Of a DNA stretch of 64,000 bases, positions 60,030 to 64,000 are shown piece by piece (the first letter of the stretch is position 1; each line of letters begins with the position of its first letter). A program made the position numbers and the translations under genes. The notes under the pieces are model-generated. The model did not search any database and was not told where the DNA came from. It worked only from the letters and a program-made list of their open reading frames with translations. The stretch comes from Spirochaetia bacterium (lineage in GTDB: Bacteria; Spirochaetota; Spirochaetia; DSM-2461). The stretch spans positions 1,952,001 through 2,016,000 of the forward strand of contig CAXXIA010000002.1 in the NCBI GenBank assembly GCA_963666985.2, read 5' to 3'.

Positions 60030-60112
60030 CCTGACCCCCGGGGCCCCAATCCCCGGGGGCGAAGCCCAACGGCCGACGCCGGCCTGTGGAATCAAAGAGA
60101 AGGAGATTGAGT

Positions 60113-61528
60113 ATGAAACCATTCATGGGCGAGGACTTCCTCCTCAGCACCGAAACGGCCCGGAGACTCTACCATGAAGTCGCCGCCGATCTGCCCATCA
60201 TCGACTATCACAACCATCTGCCGCCGGCGGATATCGCGGGAAACAGGCGGTTCGGTAATCTTTTTGAAGCCTGGCTCGAAGGCGACCATTATAAATGGCG
60301 GGGCATGCGTACCGCCGGCGTCGAAGAGCGCTTCTGCACCGGAGACGCTTCCCCGAGGGAGAAATTCGATGCCTGGGCGCGAACCGTTCCCCATACCCTG
60401 GGCAATCCTCTCTATCACTGGACCCATCTGGAACTTCGGCGCTACTTCGGCATTGAAGATCTTCTCTCGCCGGCCACAGCCGATGCAATCTGGAATGCGG
60501 CCAACGCCAAACTGGCGCAAAGCGATTACACCGCCCGGGGGTTGCTGAAAATGCAGAACGTGAAAATTGTCTGCACCACCGACGATCCCTCCGATACCCT
60601 GGAACACCAAGAGGCCCATGCCGAGGCCGGTTCACCGGATGTGAAGATGTTTCCGGCGTTCCGCCCGGATAAGATTCATAACTTCGGAAACCTGAACACC
60701 TGGAAAGCCTATGTTGAACGGCTGGGAAACTCCGCGGGCAGCGGCATTACTTGCTGGGAAGATCTCCTGGAAGTTCTGATGGTTCGCCACGCCTTTTTCC
60801 ACAGCCGCGGCTGCCGCGTATCCGATCACGGCGTGGAATTCGTTCCGGGAATCCCCTGGACTCCGGAGCAGGCGGATAAGGTTCTAAAGAAAGCCCTTGG
60901 CGGCACCATGCCGAGTGAAGAGGAAATCCTTCTCTTCCGGGGCGCCGTAATGGAGAGCTGCGGACGCATGGACGCGGCGGCCGGCTGGGTAATGCAGATT
61001 CACATGGGTGCTTTGCGGAACGTGAATCCCCGCCGCATGGCCCAGCTCGGTCCGGACACAGGCTTCGACGTTATCGGCGATTTCCCTCAAGCTTCAGGCT
61101 TGGCCCGTCATCTCGGCGCCTTGGCCGAAGACGACATGCTTCCGAAAACCATCCTTTATGTTTTGAATCCCGCGGATAATGAAATGATCGGGACGATGAT
61201 CGGTGCCTTTCAGGGAGACACCCCCGGAAAGATTCAGTTCGGTTCCGGGTGGTGGTTCAACGATCAGAAAGACGGCATGATTCGGCAACTAACAGCCCTG
61301 GCCAACTTGGGGCTTCTCTCCCGGTTCGTGGGCATGCTGACCGACAGCCGGAGCTTCCTTTCCTATCCCAGGCATGAGTATTTCCGCCGCATCCTCTGCG
61401 AACAGATCGGCGGCTGGGTTGAAAACGGCGAAATCCCGAACGATCCGGCCCTGCTTGATCCCATGATTGAGGGTATTTGCTATAAGAACGCCCGGGACTA
61501 TTTTAATTTTGGAGAAGATGAATCATGA
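60113..61528 (+). CDS. uxaC: Uronate isomerase
   Basis: PIIDYHNHL, DHYKWR, GNPLYHW.HLEL, GSGWWFNDQ, TDSRSFLSYPRHEYFRR. Confidence 0.96.
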   Translation: MKPFMGEDFLLSTETARRLYHEVAADLPIIDYHNHLPPADIAGNRRFGNLFEAWLEGDHYKWRGMRTAGVEERFCTGDASPREKFDAWARTVPHTLGNPLYHWTHLELRRYFGIEDLLSPATADAIWNAANAKLAQSDYTARGLLKMQNVKIVCTTDDPSDTLEHQEAHAEAGSPDVKMFPAFRPDKIHNFGNLNTWKAYVERLGNSAGSGITCWEDLLEVLMVRHAFFHSRGCRVSDHGVEFVPGIPWTPEQADKVLKKALGGTMPSEEEILLFRGAVMESCGRMDAAAGWVMQIHMGALRNVNPRRMAQLGPDTGFDVIGDFPQASGLARHLGALAEDDMLPKTILYVLNPADNEMIGTMIGAFQGDTPGKIQFGSGWWFNDQKDGMIRQLTALANLGLLSRFVGMLTDSRSFLSYPRHEYFRRILCEQIGGWVENGEIPNDPALLDPMIEGICYKNARDYFNFGEDES

Positions 61529-62772
61529 GACTTGAAAAATACACCATGGGCTGCGGCGACCGCTTCGCTCGGGAAGCCTCGGCCCAGCTTGCCGCTTATG
61601 AAAAAACGGCCGCCGAAGGCCGAATCGTCGTTCCCGTCTGGAATAAATCAAACCGCGAACACGATATTGTCGGTTCCGAACCGCCTTCGGTCGGCAAAGC
61701 CGCCGAAGCGGCCGTAACCGCCGCGAACTGGATGCACGGCTGGCACGTTGATGCCGACCACATCGGCCTGAAAACCGTCGACCGCTATCTTGAGTCTTCC
61801 GATTTTTTCACCATGGATGTGGCCGACGGCATCGGAGGTGAGGTGGATGATTCCGATGTCGCCTACTTTCTGAAAAAGCGTTCCAACCTCGTCGGAGAAT
61901 CCGTGAATATCGCCGGGCTTCCCGAACCCATCGTTATCCCTCGGGATAAAGCCGAACAGATCGTGCGAAAATATCTTCCGGCGGTGAAGGCGGCCGGAGC
62001 GATTTACCGGCACATCCTCAACGCCCAAGGGGAAGGAGCCTTTATCCCTGAAATCTCCATGGATGAAACCGATATCCCTCAAGGGCCCGCCGAGCTTCTT
62101 CTTATCCTCGCGGCCGTCGCCGACGAGGATATTCCGATACAGACCATCGCTCCCCGGTTTTCCGGACGCTTCAATAAAGGCGTTGAATACATCGGCGATC
62201 CGGCCGCCTTCGGAGCCGAGTTCGAAGCCGATATTCTTGTTCTTCGTTATGCCGTCGAAGCCTTCGGACTCCCGGAGAACCTCAAGCTCAGCGTCCATTC
62301 GGGATCGGATAAATTCGCCATCTACCCCGAAATCGGCAGACTCATCCGCAAGCATGATGCGGGAGTCCACGTGAAAACCGCGGGAACCACCTGGCTTGAA
62401 GAAGTTATCGGTCTGGCCGAAGCCGGAGGAAGCGGTCTGGATTTGGCGAAAAACGTCTACGCGGAAGCATACTGCAAAAGAGAGGAACTCTGCGCGCCCT
62501 ATGCCGAGGTTATCGACATCGAAGATTCCCGGCTTCCCTTACCGGACGAGGTGAACGGCTGGGACGCCGAACACTTTGTGCGGACGATGCGGCATGTTCC
62601 CGATGAACTCTACAACCCGGATTTCCGGCAGCTTATCCACGTCGGCTATAAAGTCGCCGCCAAAATGGGAGACCGGTATCTCGGCGCTTTGGAAGAGCAC
62701 CGGGAAGCGGTTTCCCGAAACGTGACGGAGAACCTGTACGATCGCCACCTGAAGCCTCTGTTTCTGGACTGA
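61525..62772 (+). CDS. uxaE: Tagaturonate/fructuronate epimerase family
   Basis: GDRF, DADH, EISMDET, APRF.G.F.KGV.Y.GD, KLSVHSGSDKF, HVKTAGTTWLE. Confidence 0.88.
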   Translation: MRLEKYTMGCGDRFAREASAQLAAYEKTAAEGRIVVPVWNKSNREHDIVGSEPPSVGKAAEAAVTAANWMHGWHVDADHIGLKTVDRYLESSDFFTMDVADGIGGEVDDSDVAYFLKKRSNLVGESVNIAGLPEPIVIPRDKAEQIVRKYLPAVKAAGAIYRHILNAQGEGAFIPEISMDETDIPQGPAELLLILAAVADEDIPIQTIAPRFSGRFNKGVEYIGDPAAFGAEFEADILVLRYAVEAFGLPENLKLSVHSGSDKFAIYPEIGRLIRKHDAGVHVKTAGTTWLEEVIGLAEAGGSGLDLAKNVYAEAYCKREELCAPYAEVIDIEDSRLPLPDEVNGWDAEHFVRTMRHVPDELYNPDFRQLIHVGYKVAAKMGDRYLGALEEHREAVSRNVTENLYDRHLKPLFLD

Positions 62773-63018
62773 GAAAAGGCTGAAAAACGCGGCGGCGTTG
62801 GCCTGCCGGTGCGGGCACTCGTTCGGGAACTTTCGCCGGAAGGTCGCAATAGGCCGGGGTGCGGCGCATGAATCTTGAGCCTGCGCTCAGGCCCGGAATA
62901 ATCGCCGATAGCACAGCCTTTTTTGAAGCCGGGGCGCAAAATATTCGAACACTATTCGAAGTCCGCGCTTTCCGGCATCAGGAACCGTGAGTATCCACGT
63001 CCGGTCGAATGCCGCTCC

Positions 63019-64000
63019 TTACTTTTCTTCCGGATACAGCACCGCTTCAACGTAGTTCGAATCATCGAGGTAGCGGCGGGCACTCGCGCTGAGAACTTCC
63101 GGGGTGAGCGTATCATAAAGCGCCGGCCGGTCTTCCATGTCGTGAATGTTCTGACCGGTGACGACCGCGAAGACGATTTGCCCCAACCACCAGGAGTTCA
63201 TCTCAAGGCTTTTCTCAAAACTTCTCTTCTGGCTCGCCGCGGTATCCGCGGCGTATTTTTCTTCCGGAAGCGCTGTGCGCCAGGAGCAGACGAGTTCCTT
63301 GACGCGGCCTGTCAGCTCATCGACGCGTTCGGGAGCGCAGGAATACTGCACGATAAAACGGTAATCGGTAATCGGCATGGATTTCAGATGTGCGTAAACA
63401 CCCACCGAGTAGGTTCCGCCGGAATCCTCGCGGATGGTGTTGGTGAACATCATCTCCATGGCGGCCGCGAGGGATTGAAGCCTGTAGCGTTCCTGAAAGG
63501 AGCCGTTCCAATCGCCGGTCCAGATTTGCGTAACGATGCTTAAGGGTTCGCTTCCCGCATTGAGTGAAACGTCTCGGACGCCCTCCACGTTCCGCATGCC
63601 GCGGTCCCGCCACAATTCTCGTGAACCGAATCCCGCGCCCGCGAAGCGGGCTTCGTTTTCCATAACGAAACCGGCCCGGGAGGCCGGGCGGGATGAGGGA
63701 AGAGAACTGCCGTCGATGGAGGAGGGGAGAGAGGCTATCCACGTTTTTACGAGCGGTTCCAGTTCTTCGGCCGTTACATCACCGATGAAGATGTAAGTGA
63801 AGTCGCCGGCGTCGGCAAATCTGTCACGGTAGATATCCAGAGCCGTATCCAGATCGGCTTGGCCCAGATCATCCAAAGTGATGGGACGAATCCGGGGATG
63901 ATCGCTGAAGACGGTTTCCCAGACCAGATCGTCATAAAGGGTTTTCGGCGAAGATGCGCGGTTCCGCAGGCTTTCGGCCGTTCGGTTCATGAAGGCATTC
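63019..64000 (-). CDS. M16-family (insulinase-like) zinc peptidase, C-terminal part; gene extends beyond the window
   Basis: DRFADAGDFTYIFIGD, IREDSGGTYS, NSWW..I, A.RYL C-terminal M16 patterns. Confidence 0.8.
   Translation of the reverse strand, partial: NAFMNRTAESLRNRASSPKTLYDDLVWETVFSDHPRIRPITLDDLGQADLDTALDIYRDRFADAGDFTYIFIGDVTAEELEPLVKTWIASLPSSIDGSSLPSSRPASRAGFVMENEARFAGAGFGSRELWRDRGMRNVEGVRDVSLNAGSEPLSIVTQIWTGDWNGSFQERYRLQSLAAAMEMMFTNTIREDSGGTYSVGVYAHLKSMPITDYRFIVQYSCAPERVDELTGRVKELVCSWRTALPEEKYAADTAASQKRSFEKSLEMNSWWLGQIVFAVVTGQNIHDMEDRPALYDTLTPEVLSASARRYLDDSNYVEAVLYPEEK

Noticed and set aside
56996..60122. 519-aa and 308-aa minus-strand ORFs
   Set aside because: Antisense shadows of deoR/pfp and uxuB.

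Overview
Bacterial chromosomal window of about 50% GC. The organism is probably an anaerobic free-living spirochaete-like bacterium; this is inferred from gene content and lipoprotein signal style and is not proven. From left to right the window holds six regions. (1) 1-3.2 kb: decayed mobile debris, made of a frameshifted N6-adenine DNA methyltransferase remnant, a hairpin-rich non-coding tract, and an intact IS3-family element abutting a truncated second IS3. (2) A glucuronokinase-like GHMP kinase followed by galU. (3) 5.7-18.5 kb: lipid-handling and membrane genes (plsY, DUF1295, FakA-FakB/DAK2-DegV fusion, YhhN lysoplasmalogenase, YghO/bCerS-like GNAT, thioesterase, GGDEF). (4) 18.9-39 kb: a ~20 kb locus that looks like an uncharacterised signal-controlled surface-glycan assembly system. 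It has a 1475-aa GT-C-like membrane protein, a flippase, GT4, two GT2, a beta-barrel, an LruC lipoprotein behind a consensus sigma-54 promoter, two histidine kinases, receiver proteins and an NtrC-type activator. (5) 39.3-46.2 kb: an [FeFe]-hydrogenase maturation-type operon (TM1266, ABC importer, aspA, hydF, hydE) that lacks hydG and is preceded by a ~155-nt structured leader. (6) 46.5-62.8 kb: a hexuronate catabolic cluster (uxaC, uxaE, uxuB, LarA-family epimerase, HAD, gnd, PPi-PFK, DeoR) split by a sensory/chemotaxis block. The window ends inside an M16 peptidase gene. All assignments come from motif recognition by eye; no database searches were run.
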